Shown in pieces: positions 1 to 8,582 of a stretch of 53,029 nucleotides of DNA; the first letter of the stretch is position 1; every line of letters starts with the position of its first letter. The translations under genes and the position numbers were made by a program. Source of the stretch: Patescibacteria group bacterium (GTDB lineage Bacteria; Patescibacteriota; Microgenomatia; UBA8517). The stretch lies in the NCBI GenBank assembly GCA_036846005.1, contig DAIUCV010000001.1, forward strand, positions 1 through 53,029, given 5' to 3'. Under the pieces are notes generated by a model. It was not told where the DNA came from. It ran no database searches and was given only the letters and a program-made list of their open reading frames with translations.

Positions 1-55
1 AACCCATGACCTTGCCCTTACCAAGGGCACGCTCTACCGACTGAGCTACCTCGGC
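1..55 (-). tRNA. tRNA-Thr (anticodon GGU), 3' part cut off by window edge
   Basis: Reverse complement reads GCCGAGG-UA-GCUC-AGUCGGUA-GAGC-G-UGCCC-UUGGUAA-GGGCA-AGGUC-AUGGGUU. This gives an acceptor, a D arm and an anticodon stem UGCCC/GGGCA with 7-nt loop UUGGUAA (GGU). The T arm runs off the window. Confidence 0.85.
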
Positions 56-101
56 TTAAAACTAAAATGAATTATATCAGAACTTGATATACTTAGGGAA
101 A

Positions 102-1049
102 ATGAAGCATAAGAGATTGTATTTATTTTTTTTACTAATTGTCCTTCTGGGAATTAATTTTCTTCTTTTAAATAAATATCAGTCTGTAAAGAAAAATCTA
201 ATAACAAAAATTATAACTCCGAATATAAATCAATGGTTATTAACACCCACACCGGACGTTAAGCTTACTAGAATTATTTTAACGGGAGATGTAATGCTGG
301 GGCGAACCGTTATGACCAAAGCCTTAAGTTTAAATGATCCAGCCTATCCCTTTAGGAAAATTACGGAACAATTAAAAGAGAGGGATATTGTTTTTATAAA
401 TTTGGAAAGTCCTATAGTCGATAATTGTCCCAAAATAGAGACAGGCTTAATATTTTGTGCCTCTCCCGAAATGCTTACGGGTTTAACCTTAGCAGGGATT
501 GATATTGCTACACTAGCCAATAATCATATCAATAATTTTGGTCAGAAGGGTGTAAATGATACCAAAAAATATTTGTCCGAAAGAGGCATAGAGTGGACGG
601 ATGAATCCAATTTAGTAGTAAAAGATATTAATAACACTAAATTCGGTTTTTTGGGTTTGAATTTCACCTTTAAAACACCAACCCAAAAGGATTTTAATAC
701 CATCAGCGAATCAAAAAGTAGGGTGGATGTATTAATTTTAGGCGTTCACTGGGGAGTGGAATATACAACAAACCCTACTCCTAACCAGCAAGAATGGGCT
801 AAAAGATTTATAGAAAATGGTGCAGATGTTGTTGTCGGGCACCATCCGCATTGGGTACAGGCAAGAGAGTATATTGAAGGTAAACCCGTCTTTTACTCTT
901 TGGGTAATTTTGTGTTTGACCAGATGTGGAGTGAGGAAACTAAAAAAGGAATTGTGGTTGAGCTTTCTTTTAGGGGAAGAGAATTAATCGATGAAAAAAT
1001 TAAGAATATCTATATGTCTTCTTGGGCTCAACCTAACTTTGTGGAATAA
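102..1049 (+). CDS. CapA/YwtB-family metallophosphatase (poly-gamma-glutamate synthesis protein CapA-like), membrane anchored
   Basis: ORF 84-1049 opens with TTG at 84; the first ATG is at 102. Family motifs GDVMLGR, NLESP, LANNH, GVHWGVEY, VVGHHPHW and SLGNFVFDQ are present, with an N-terminal hydrophobic anchor. Confidence 0.8.
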   Translation: MKHKRLYLFFLLIVLLGINFLLLNKYQSVKKNLITKIITPNINQWLLTPTPDVKLTRIILTGDVMLGRTVMTKALSLNDPAYPFRKITEQLKERDIVFINLESPIVDNCPKIETGLIFCASPEMLTGLTLAGIDIATLANNHINNFGQKGVNDTKKYLSERGIEWTDESNLVVKDINNTKFGFLGLNFTFKTPTQKDFNTISESKSRVDVLILGVHWGVEYTTNPTPNQQEWAKRFIENGADVVVGHHPHWVQAREYIEGKPVFYSLGNFVFDQMWSEETKKGIVVELSFRGRELIDEKIKNIYMSSWAQPNFVE

Positions 1050-1060
1050 ACTCAAGCTAT

Positions 1061-1089
1061 TAGACTTAAATTTATAAAAAAAGTATAAT
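1061..1089 (+). promoter_or_regulatory. sigma70-like promoter for the tRNA-Thr/tRNA-Tyr pair
   Basis: TAGACT (1061-1066), 17-nt spacer, TATAAT (1084-1089). The first tRNA starts at 1103. Confidence 0.4.
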
Positions 1090-1102
1090 ATTAAAGATTT
1101 TA

Positions 1103-1173
1103 GCCTCCCTAGCTCAATGGCAGAGCGACGGTTTTGTAAACCGCTGATAACAGTTCGATTCTGTTGGGGGGCT
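1103..1173 (+). tRNA. tRNA-Thr (anticodon UGU)
   Basis: GCCUCCC acceptor pairs with GGGGGGC (one G-U). D arm is GCUC/GAGC. Anticodon stem is ACGGU/ACCGC with loop UUUGUAA. T arm is AACAG-UUCGAUU-CUGUU. Confidence 0.85.
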
Positions 1174-1194
1174 CAAGGTTAAATAATAATATTT

Positions 1195-1279
1195 GCTGGG
1201 ATGGCGGAGTGGACAATCGCAACAGTCTGTAAAACTGTCGCCCGAACGGGCTTCGTAGGTTCGAATCCTACTCCCAGCA
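1195..1279 (+). tRNA. tRNA-Tyr (anticodon GUA), long variable arm
   Basis: Acceptor GCUGGGA/UCCCAGC. Anticodon stem ACAGU/ACUGU with loop CUGUAAA. Long variable arm CGCCCGAACGGGC. T arm GUAGG-UUCGAAU-CCUAC. Confidence 0.9.
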
Positions 1280-1344
1280 CAAAAAAAATTACTTTAAATT
1301 CTTCATTTTTTGACCTTCTGAAGTAAAAAACCTTTTTAACGAAA

Positions 1345-1500
1345 GACCCCGCTTGTGGGTTTCCGGATGAATTTTTCCCCGGACGAATATCCAGGTGGGT
1401 GAGCTCACCACATCCTGCGACGCAGGAAGGGAATTTGCTCTCCCGAAATTAGCTTTCGGTGAGGAAAAAGCTTCCCCGGAACTTCCCCCTAAGCAGGGTC
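1345..1500 (-). ncRNA. candidate structured ncRNA, rod-like (6S-like/SRP-like shape, class unresolved)
   Basis: ORF-free segment of about 55% G+C (hand count) in an AT-rich spacer. The ends pair (1345-1354/1491-1500) and further helices stack into one long rod; see the finding for details. Two plus-strand C/A mismatches become G-U pairs on the minus strand. Confidence 0.45.
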
Positions 1501-1506
1501 ACTTAT

Positions 1507-1515
1507 ATTGTATCA
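1507..1515 (-). promoter_or_regulatory. extended -10 promoter (TGaTACAAT) for the candidate ncRNA
   Basis: The minus strand reads TGATACAAT. A start about 7 nt downstream falls at 1500, the first base of the closing helix. No good -35 element. Confidence 0.35.
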
Positions 1516-1548
1516 AAAAAGTCAATAGCGTGAAAGGGAATTTACAGG

Positions 1549-2211
1549 TTAAATAATCGGATTTCCGGGAGCCAGAATTGATATAAAAAATTGCAGGATA
1601 GGAGAAATTATAAGGGAAATTGGGGATACTCCTCCTATCGTTGGAAAGATCAGAAAAAAAAGAATAATTATTCCGTATCTTCTTAAAAAAAGATCAGCAT
1701 CACGAGCCTCTTTATCAGGCAGTAAACCTAATAAAATTTTCCCGCCGTCTAGAGGGTGGATAGGAATTAAATTGAAAACACCCAGTGCAATATTTAATAA
1801 AATTATGGAATAAAAAAATCCTGCCAATACATAGAAAGGGGAGAAAGGATTACTAAATATTCTCAAAAAAATACTTGATATGATGGCAAGTATCAGATTT
1901 GCCCCGGGTCCTGCCAGGGAAATCAAGGCTCCGTCTTTTTTGGGATTCTTCAGGTTATAGGGGTCAATTACCACCGGCTTAGCCCAACCAAAGGGTATTA
2001 TTCCCGGATTTTGGGTTATTGCCCGCAATATTACCAGAAAGAACAACAGGGAGGTTCCTATGGGGTCGTAGTGCTTAATAGGATTAAGCGAAAGCCTGCC
2101 GTCAAGCCTTGCGGTAGGATCACCCAACTTATCCGCAGCCCAAGCGTGAGCCGATTCATGAATTGTTATGGCTATAACAAATGCCAAAATAAGAAAAATT
2201 AGGTTTAACAT
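1549..2211 (-). CDS. site-2 protease family (peptidase M50) membrane metalloprotease
   Basis: HESAHA (HExxH) in the first TM segment and NLIPIHPLDGGK (the NxxPxxxLDG motif). Polytopic, 220 aa. Confidence 0.8.
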   Translation of the reverse strand: MLNLIFLILAFVIAITIHESAHAWAADKLGDPTARLDGRLSLNPIKHYDPIGTSLLFFLVILRAITQNPGIIPFGWAKPVVIDPYNLKNPKKDGALISLAGPGANLILAIISSIFLRIFSNPFSPFYVLAGFFYSIILLNIALGVFNLIPIHPLDGGKILLGLLPDKEARDADLFLRRYGIIILFFLIFPTIGGVSPISLIISPILQFFISILAPGNPII

Positions 2212-2234
2212 AAATTTATCCTATCAAATAAATT

Positions 2235-2263
2235 TTGATAAAATGTATGTTTATTAGTATAAT
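2235..2263 (+). promoter_or_regulatory. consensus-like sigma70 promoter upstream of rpmB
   Basis: TTGATA (2235-2240), 17-nt spacer, TATAAT (2258-2263). Confidence 0.5.
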
Positions 2264-2328
2264 AGTCGTTAACCAAAAACTCAAAACGTAAAAAGTTATT
2301 AACGTTTGGGTTTTTAATTTTTTTAATT

Positions 2329-2580
2329 ATGTCATATATTTGTCAGATTTGCGGCAAAAAAACGGTAGCGGGGGTTAGTCAAAGGCACAGAAGAGGTGTC
2401 GCGGGAAAACGTTGGATAAAAAGAGCACAGGCAACCAAAAGGCTATTTAAACCCAATCTGCAAAAAATGACCTTGATGGTTGACGGAGAGAAAAAACAGA
2501 TGCGAATTTGTACCAAGTGTATTAAAAGAATTAAAAAATATCACTTCATAGGAAAATATAAATCTGCTGCCGTAATATAA
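2329..2580 (+). CDS. rpmB: 50S ribosomal protein L28
   Basis: The N-terminus MSYICQICGKKTVAGVSQRHRRGVAGKRWIKR...FKPNLQ follows the L28 pattern. The short C-terminal extension contains CTKC. Confidence 0.85.
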   Translation: MSYICQICGKKTVAGVSQRHRRGVAGKRWIKRAQATKRLFKPNLQKMTLMVDGEKKQMRICTKCIKRIKKYHFIGKYKSAAVI

Positions 2581-2603
2581 ACTAAAGATACATCCTCAAT
2601 AAA

Positions 2604-3383
2604 ATGACTTCAGAAATACTTACAGATTCGACTTGGTTGGTGAATCAAATTCCGAGAATATTTTCCAGAATGGATATTAAAGAAGTGGGAAAATATCCTC
2701 AACCGGTTAGAAAAAGTGTCAGATTTTCAGGGGGTGTTATCTATGATCCAAATTTAAGAAACTTGAGAACAAATGACGGATCAATTAATGTTCCTCTTAC
2801 TTGGGTGCAAACAATAATGTTTGAATCTTTTCTGGAAGAAACGGGTAATTTCGTTTCTTATAATAATATTTCCTCCAGATTGTATTCAGAATATTTCATA
2901 AATAATGAAGCTATATGGTCGGCAAAAGGGCGTTTAGTAAAAGAATTAGATAAAATTCCGGATTTTAACCACAAGTTAAGAAATGTAAAGGGAGGTTTCA
3001 GCTTTAATGTAAAAGCATGGGATAAATTAATCCACCCAACGCCAATTCAATTTGATAAGGAATTTAGTTATGATTTTTCTTCTAGAGAACTCAAGAAGAA
3101 ACAACCGGGATTATTTAAGGAAACAGCAAAAAGACCGATATTTAGTCCGACCATAGCATTTATCTGGGAAACACTAATAACCAACCCGAATAAGACCATT
3201 GCCAAAGAATATTGGTTAGAGAATTTAAAGCGGATTAAAAATTTAACCAATGAAGATAACATTAACTGGTGGGTAATCGTTTCAAGAATGCGAAAATTAA
3301 TAAATTGTTTTTCTCCCGAAGTTTCTTCAAGAATAGTAACAAGTGGAGATATGGGTCTTGAATATAGGACGTCTAAGATTTGA
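2604..3383 (+). CDS. hypothetical protein with two tandem OmpR/PhoB-type winged-helix (Trans_reg_C-like) domains, no receiver domain
   Basis: Two internal repeats each follow the OmpR C-terminal domain pattern. Examples are VRFSGGVIYDPNLRNL...RNVKGGFSF and IQFDKEFSYDFSSREL...WVIVSRMRKLINCF...GDMGLEYR. The assignment is by eye only. Confidence 0.5.
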   Translation: MTSEILTDSTWLVNQIPRIFSRMDIKEVGKYPQPVRKSVRFSGGVIYDPNLRNLRTNDGSINVPLTWVQTIMFESFLEETGNFVSYNNISSRLYSEYFINNEAIWSAKGRLVKELDKIPDFNHKLRNVKGGFSFNVKAWDKLIHPTPIQFDKEFSYDFSSRELKKKQPGLFKETAKRPIFSPTIAFIWETLITNPNKTIAKEYWLENLKRIKNLTNEDNINWWVIVSRMRKLINCFSPEVSSRIVTSGDMGLEYRTSKI

Positions 3384-4317
3384 AAAAAGATTGGGGATAT
3401 CCTTCTTTAAACTGTCTCCAGGTAACCGGACTTTTGCCTTCCATTTGAACCTCATCCAAGATTAATTTGTTATTTTCCAGGTGGGATTTCATAATTTTTA
3501 TTCTTTTTATCTGGTTTGAAGTGTCTGTGTTTATGGTAGTCCAGGCAACTGGCCAGAGAGACATTGCACGGATAAAGCTATCCAAAACATCAACTTTGGG
3601 TGTGATAGCAAAATCCTTGATAAAGGGAATTGTCCAGTCGTCTTTAACAGCCTTTCCCTTTAATGCTAAATCAAGATAATTTGGAGGAATAAATGCATCT
3701 TCCTTTTTGATTTGTCGGGTAAATGTAGCTTTGGTATCATTTTGTTTTTTTAAAGTTATTTTACCCTGGGTATAGGGTGGAATCAGAGTAGTCAATACCT
3801 CACACGATCTTGTAAAGAGTCTGTCTCTCAAAGATTCAAAAGTATCTTGGGGAAATATCTCCTCATAGAATTGGCAGACGATTGGACCGTGATCTAATTC
3901 TTCGTCAAGTTTGATAATACTTACCCCAGTTTCTATATCCTGGGAAATTAAGGAAGCCTGAATCGGGGATGCACCCCGATATTTAGGTAAACAGGAAGGG
4001 TGAACATTAAGAATGCCATATTTGAAATATTTTATTACTGATTCAGGGATTATCTTGCCGTACGAAGCTAAAATTCCCATATCTGCAGCAAGTGAATTTT
4101 TAATAATGTCCTCGGGGTCAAAATAGATGGGGATACTTCTTTTATGTGCCCAATCGTCAACTGGAGAGTAGGTTAGAAATTGATTTCTTCCAGTAGGTTT
4201 TGGTTCCTGGGTAACAACTGCTGCAATAGGGGATTCGCCTTTGACTTTAAACTTTTTGTTTAGGGCATCAAGGATAGGTAATACATATTCTGGTGTTCCC
4301 AAAAAGACAAATTTCAT
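3373..4317 (-). CDS. fmt: methionyl-tRNA formyltransferase
   Basis: MKFVFLGTPE N-terminus and the HPSCLPKYRGASPIQ motif; 314 aa; directly upstream of def. Confidence 0.9.
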   Translation of the reverse strand: MKFVFLGTPEYVLPILDALNKKFKVKGESPIAAVVTQEPKPTGRNQFLTYSPVDDWAHKRSIPIYFDPEDIIKNSLAADMGILASYGKIIPESVIKYFKYGILNVHPSCLPKYRGASPIQASLISQDIETGVSIIKLDEELDHGPIVCQFYEEIFPQDTFESLRDRLFTRSCEVLTTLIPPYTQGKITLKKQNDTKATFTRQIKKEDAFIPPNYLDLALKGKAVKDDWTIPFIKDFAITPKVDVLDSFIRAMSLWPVAWTTINTDTSNQIKRIKIMKSHLENNKLILDEVQMEGKSPVTWRQFKEGYPQSFFKS

Positions 4318-4320
4318 AAT

Positions 4321-4845
4321 TTATATCAGTTCAACCTCTTCCCATTCTTCACCTTTTTGTTTATAAAGTGAAGCTTTCTGTTTAAATAAAATATCCGTAA
4401 AAAGAATTCCGTTCAAATGATCAACCTCATGCTGAACAATTTGAGCGGATAATCCCTTAAAGGTTGTCTTTTTTATTTCGCTGTCCAAATTTTGATATTC
4501 CAATACTACTTTCTGGGGTCTTTTCAGCGGTCCGTAGTAGTTAAGAATTGAAAGGCAGCCTTCCATAATGGGTTCATTGTTTTTTTTAAGTATCTCGGTG
4601 TTTTCCGCTGATACGATCTTGGGATTTATTACTATTTTTATTCCCTTACCGTAAACCATGGCAAACATTCTGATATTTTTTCCTATTTGAGGAGCTGCCA
4701 GACCTACACCTTCAGGATCTTTTTGCACGCTTATGGTATCAGTCAAATCTTTAGCAATTTCCCGTATCCTTTTATCAATAACACTGATGGTTTTTGATTT
4801 AATCCGCAATTTAGGATTTTTTACATCCAGAATTTTTTGAATCAT
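4321..4845 (-). CDS. def: peptide deformylase
   Basis: The three deformylase motifs are present: GLAAPQIG, EGCLS and HEVDHLNG. Confidence 0.9.
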   Translation of the reverse strand: MIQKILDVKNPKLRIKSKTISVIDKRIREIAKDLTDTISVQKDPEGVGLAAPQIGKNIRMFAMVYGKGIKIVINPKIVSAENTEILKKNNEPIMEGCLSILNYYGPLKRPQKVVLEYQNLDSEIKKTTFKGLSAQIVQHEVDHLNGILFTDILFKQKASLYKQKGEEWEEVELI

Positions 4846-4886
4846 ACGGCCAAATTATACCGCAAATAAGGCTAACTTGCCAAAAG

Positions 4887-6965
4887 TTAAATTTCTTGTA
4901 GTTGTTGTTTTACCATTTCGTCCTGGGGATTTATTTTTTCCAAAATATAAAGAAGTTCATTTTTAGCCTTTATTTTTTCACCTTTTTGAGTATAAAGAAG
5001 TGCCAAGGCAAATCTCGCATCCCGATAGTTACTTTTTAATTCTACTGTTTTTGCAAGAGAAGCAATTGCCTCATCAGTTTTCCCGATACGGGCTTGAACA
5101 AGACCTAAATTGTAATAAAGCTTGGCATCGGTAGGTGAGAGTTGGATGGTATTTTTAATAAGTTCTTCGGCAGTTTTTAAAAGGTCGGGGTCAAGATTAG
5201 CCAGTTTGATAAAAAGAGCGGCATTGTTTTTACGGATATTAAGGTTTGCGGGTGAAAGAGTAACTGCATGATTTGATTCGTCGATTGCCACTTCGGAAAA
5301 TGTTTTGGCGTTTTTCATATCTTTGGTTTGATAAAAATCAATTGCTAAGCCTGCTGCAGATTGGGAAAGTTCATCCCAGTAAATTGACTGCCCGGGAATA
5401 TTTTTTGTTGCTTTGAAAAGTTCCACCCGACCCTGAGGATAGTTTTGGGATTTATTGAATTGCTTACCCTGGGTATAGAGGATATCAGAATACCAGTATT
5501 TGTAGAGAAAATAGATCATCGAGATAACAAAAAGAGACGGAATTACGCTTAGGATTTTTTTAACAGTAGAAAGCAATTTATAATTTTCCGCAAATTCACT
5601 GTCTTTGGTTTCTTCGTATTTTAAAGAAACAGCAATTGCGGGGTAAAGAAAAAAAAGAAAAGAAACCATAACTACCGAAAAACCAAAAAAATTGGTAACA
5701 ACAATACCTAAAAATCCGGAGATTAATGCCACCTGATAAACATTAAGTGTTGAATTTGATTTATTTTTCAATATTGGCAATTTTAAATTGGTAATTAAGA
5801 TAAAAATAAATGCTATTAAAACCAGGTAGGATAAACTACCTATTATTCCGGTTGTTGCCAGATAATTAAGATATTCATTATGTGCCTTGTTGTATAAAAA
5901 GTCCCATTCGGAAATGAGATTATGTTCAGGAGGTCTAAATCGATAATACGAATATGCGAAAGTTTCGACACCGCTGCCAAAAATAGGGTAAGCTTTGAAA
6001 ACGGCAAAAGCCCCTTTCCAAACGATTTTTCGTATTTCTCCAGAACCCGTTCCTCCGACTTCGAGAGCCGGACCGGCATTTGCCGAATCAACTACGGCTG
6101 TACTTGATTTTCGGTTAATAATTTGTGACACACTTGGTGTCCAGGGGGAGCCGACCCATAAAGTCAGAATAACAAACGATAAATTAAGAATAATAAACGG
6201 TTTTAAAATATTAGCTTTAAAATTAGTTGTTGTTTTAAAAATTAATATCCAGAAAAAGATGTTTGCAAAAGCAAAACCAATTAAACCGGAGCGGGATTTG
6301 GTATAAAGTAAAGTAAGAAAGAATAAAGAAGATAAAAGTAACCACTTTATATTTTTAATTTTAAATACTGATTTAAAATTGGTGATTTTTGTCTGGAGAA
6401 TAAAAATCCAGGTAATGGGAATAACAGCGATAATCAAAGCCGCCAGCCAGTTAGGTTGTCCCAGGGTGGAAAAAACTCTATTTTGTACATCTTGAACCCA
6501 GAGATTTTTATCTACCCCAAAATGTTCCAGAATTCCGTAAATAGAAACAAGAGATAAACTGGAGATTAAAAGTAAAAGAATTTTTTTGCCGGATTTTCTG
6601 GACATGTTATTAACAAATGCAAAGTAAAGCAGGGTATAGGAAATCTGTGACAATAAACCGCCGTTAAATCTGGAATAGTAGCCGAAAATCGAGGTGTATC
6701 TGTCAATTGAGGTAATAGTTGCTATAACTTGGGAAGCAAGAAAAATAAGAATGGGAATGTCTAATATTGTACGACGCAGTGTAGGTTTTTTAAGTATTAT
6801 TAGTTTGGTAAGCCAAAGACCGGTAATAATAACTGTGGCTAGGTAAACTATTGTGATCTTGTTAAATTCGAATATTTCGGAAGTTAAGGGAAAAATAACA
6901 ATTGGAAGAATAAAAAATAAAACATAAAAACACGTCCGAATCAGCTTATCTATTATTTTTATCAC
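4887..6965 (-). CDS. O-antigen ligase (Wzy_C)-like polytopic membrane protein with C-terminal TPR repeats
   Basis: At least 10 hydrophobic segments, a Wzy_C-like NKAHNEYLNYLATTG motif, and TPR-like repeats in the last ~130 aa (YYNLGLVQARIGKTDEAI, ALALLYTQKGE). Confidence 0.65.
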   Translation of the reverse strand: MIKIIDKLIRTCFYVLFFILPIVIFPLTSEIFEFNKITIVYLATVIITGLWLTKLIILKKPTLRRTILDIPILIFLASQVIATITSIDRYTSIFGYYSRFNGGLLSQISYTLLYFAFVNNMSRKSGKKILLLLISSLSLVSIYGILEHFGVDKNLWVQDVQNRVFSTLGQPNWLAALIIAVIPITWIFILQTKITNFKSVFKIKNIKWLLLSSLFFLTLLYTKSRSGLIGFAFANIFFWILIFKTTTNFKANILKPFIILNLSFVILTLWVGSPWTPSVSQIINRKSSTAVVDSANAGPALEVGGTGSGEIRKIVWKGAFAVFKAYPIFGSGVETFAYSYYRFRPPEHNLISEWDFLYNKAHNEYLNYLATTGIIGSLSYLVLIAFIFILITNLKLPILKNKSNSTLNVYQVALISGFLGIVVTNFFGFSVVMVSFLFFLYPAIAVSLKYEETKDSEFAENYKLLSTVKKILSVIPSLFVISMIYFLYKYWYSDILYTQGKQFNKSQNYPQGRVELFKATKNIPGQSIYWDELSQSAAGLAIDFYQTKDMKNAKTFSEVAIDESNHAVTLSPANLNIRKNNAALFIKLANLDPDLLKTAEELIKNTIQLSPTDAKLYYNLGLVQARIGKTDEAIASLAKTVELKSNYRDARFALALLYTQKGEKIKAKNELLYILEKINPQDEMVKQQLQEI

Positions 6966-7142
6966 TAATTAATGAATTTACACCACAAAGACTAATAAAA
7001 AAAGGTCTTTTTTTAGGGTTTGCAATAATAGCTTCTCGGGATATACTTTAGGCGATATATGACTTTGTTTAGAAAACCGGGTATTAGAGTAAGAGTACCG
7101 AAATTTAATTTTTTTACCCCCAACAGGATATTTGGCAGAGTG

Positions 7143-8168
7143 ATGGGATTTTTCTCCCATGATATAGGCATAGATTTGGGTACGGCAAATACCCTGGTCT
7201 GGGTTAAAGGAAAAGGGATTGTAATCAGAGAACCTTCGGTTGTAGCCAGGAATAAGAAAACCAAAGAAATTTTGGCTTTGGGTATGGCTGCCAAAAAAAT
7301 GTTGGGGAGAACTCCGCAATCAATAGAAACAATAAGACCACTTAAAGACGGAGTTATAGCGGATTTTGATGCAACCCAGATTATGCTTTCAACTTATATT
7401 AAAAGCGTACACGAATCGGGTACTGTTATACCCAAAATTCCCAGACCTAGGGTGGTAATCGGAATTCCATCTGGTGTTACGGAAGTAGAAAGAAGAGCCG
7501 TTTCCGATGCGGCGATATCATCAGGAGCAAGAGAGGCACATCTAATTGAAGAACCCATGGCGGCAGCAATAGGTGCAGGATTACCCATTGAAAGCCCAAG
7601 CGGTACATTTATTGTAGATGTGGGCGGTGGTACAACCGAAATAGCAGCAATATCTTTGGGAGGAATAGTTGTAGGGCGATCGATTAGAGTAGCCGGTGAC
7701 GAGATGACCGAGGCAGTAATAAATTACGTCAGACTTAAATATTCTTTGCTGTTGGGAGAAGCTACGGCAGAGGAAGTAAAAATAAATATTGGAACATGCG
7801 TGAACGACAAGGAAAATTTTTTTGTGGTCAGGGGAAGGGATTTAGAAAAAGGACTTCCCAAATCCATCAAACTATCCAGCCGTGAGATTCAGGAAGCTTT
7901 AACGCCGACTATACGGGAAATCGTAACAACCGTAATTGATGTATTGGAAGAAACTCCACCGGAATTGGTGTCGGATATTATGGAACACGGAATTGTCATG
8001 GCAGGCGGAGGATCATTACTTCATGGAATTGATAAAGTCTTGGCAGAGGAATCAAAAATGCCTGTTTGGGTAGCAGATGATGCATTTACTTGTGTAGTGA
8101 GAGGGTGCGGAAAGGTATTGGAAGATAATTCGTTACTTAATAAAATTAGAGTTACTAGAGGATTGTAA
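7143..8168 (+). CDS. mreB: rod shape-determining protein MreB
   Basis: DIGIDLGTANT, VDVGGGTTE and MAGGGSLL actin-like ATPase motifs. The ORF opens at 7059, but the conserved N-terminus begins at the ATG at 7143. Confidence 0.9.
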   Translation: MGFFSHDIGIDLGTANTLVWVKGKGIVIREPSVVARNKKTKEILALGMAAKKMLGRTPQSIETIRPLKDGVIADFDATQIMLSTYIKSVHESGTVIPKIPRPRVVIGIPSGVTEVERRAVSDAAISSGAREAHLIEEPMAAAIGAGLPIESPSGTFIVDVGGGTTEIAAISLGGIVVGRSIRVAGDEMTEAVINYVRLKYSLLLGEATAEEVKINIGTCVNDKENFFVVRGRDLEKGLPKSIKLSSREIQEALTPTIREIVTTVIDVLEETPPELVSDIMEHGIVMAGGGSLLHGIDKVLAEESKMPVWVADDAFTCVVRGCGKVLEDNSLLNKIRVTRGL

Positions 8169-8180
8169 TTTAAAAAAATT

Positions 8181-8218
8181 GCGGGGTTTATAAAGTTTGT
8201 TGGTCTTTAAAACCCCGC
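8181..8218. terminator. bidirectional stem-loop terminator between mreB (+) and the 88-aa gene (-)
   Basis: GCGGGGTTT (8181-8189) pairs with AAACCCCGC (8210-8218). On the minus strand it is followed by a T7 run; on the plus strand by TTT. Confidence 0.6.
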
Positions 8219-8240
8219 TTTACGGAGAATGCTCATTTGA

Positions 8241-8507
8241 TTAATAAATTTCCTTTTCGACTAATGAATCAATACCTACGAGGATATATAGAAATACCCA
8301 GGGAGCAATAGAAGCCAGAAACCATACGATTGGTAAAATCCACCAGTAGGCTTCCTGCTTTGATGAAAATACATAAAATCCAAAGGCTACAGCAATAAGA
8401 AATTCGATAAACGTTACTTGAATGAACTTATATCTTAACAATTTTATTAGCCACGCAGCAATTATGGTAATAATACTCAAAACAAGTAGAACCAGGAACG
8501 TTGCCAT
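8241..8507 (-). CDS. hypothetical small membrane protein (3 predicted TM helices)
   Basis: 88-aa ORF, strongly hydrophobic, followed by the 8181-8218 terminator with a T-run. Confidence 0.55.
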   Translation of the reverse strand: MATFLVLLVLSIITIIAAWLIKLLRYKFIQVTFIEFLIAVAFGFYVFSSKQEAYWWILPIVWFLASIAPWVFLYILVGIDSLVEKEIY

Positions 8508-8582
8508 ATTTTCCTTCCTTTTAATGAGCTTGATCCGCAGACGTAATATAATTTAAAGTATCCTAAAAAGCAACAAAATTGT

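Noticed and set aside
1345-1500. Identification of the rod-like element as SRP RNA or RNase P RNA.
   Set aside because: Neither strand has a GNRA-capped helix 8 with the GGAAGCAGC-type motif. GAGGAAAAAGCTTCC only loosely resembles the RNase P P4 sequence GAGGAAAGUCC, and the element is far too short. It is kept as an unclassified candidate.
5843-6306. Several 60-100 aa ORFs, in both orientations, inside the O-antigen-ligase-like gene.
   Set aside because: They are nested in a 692-aa ORF with coherent TM and TPR architecture, and have no independent signals.
6978-7319. 113-aa and 93-aa minus-strand ORFs overlapping the mreB 5' region, and the 28-codon N-terminal extension of the mreB ORF (7059-7142).
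   Set aside because: The conserved MreB N-terminus starts at the ATG at 7143. The upstream part and the antisense ORFs show no family features.
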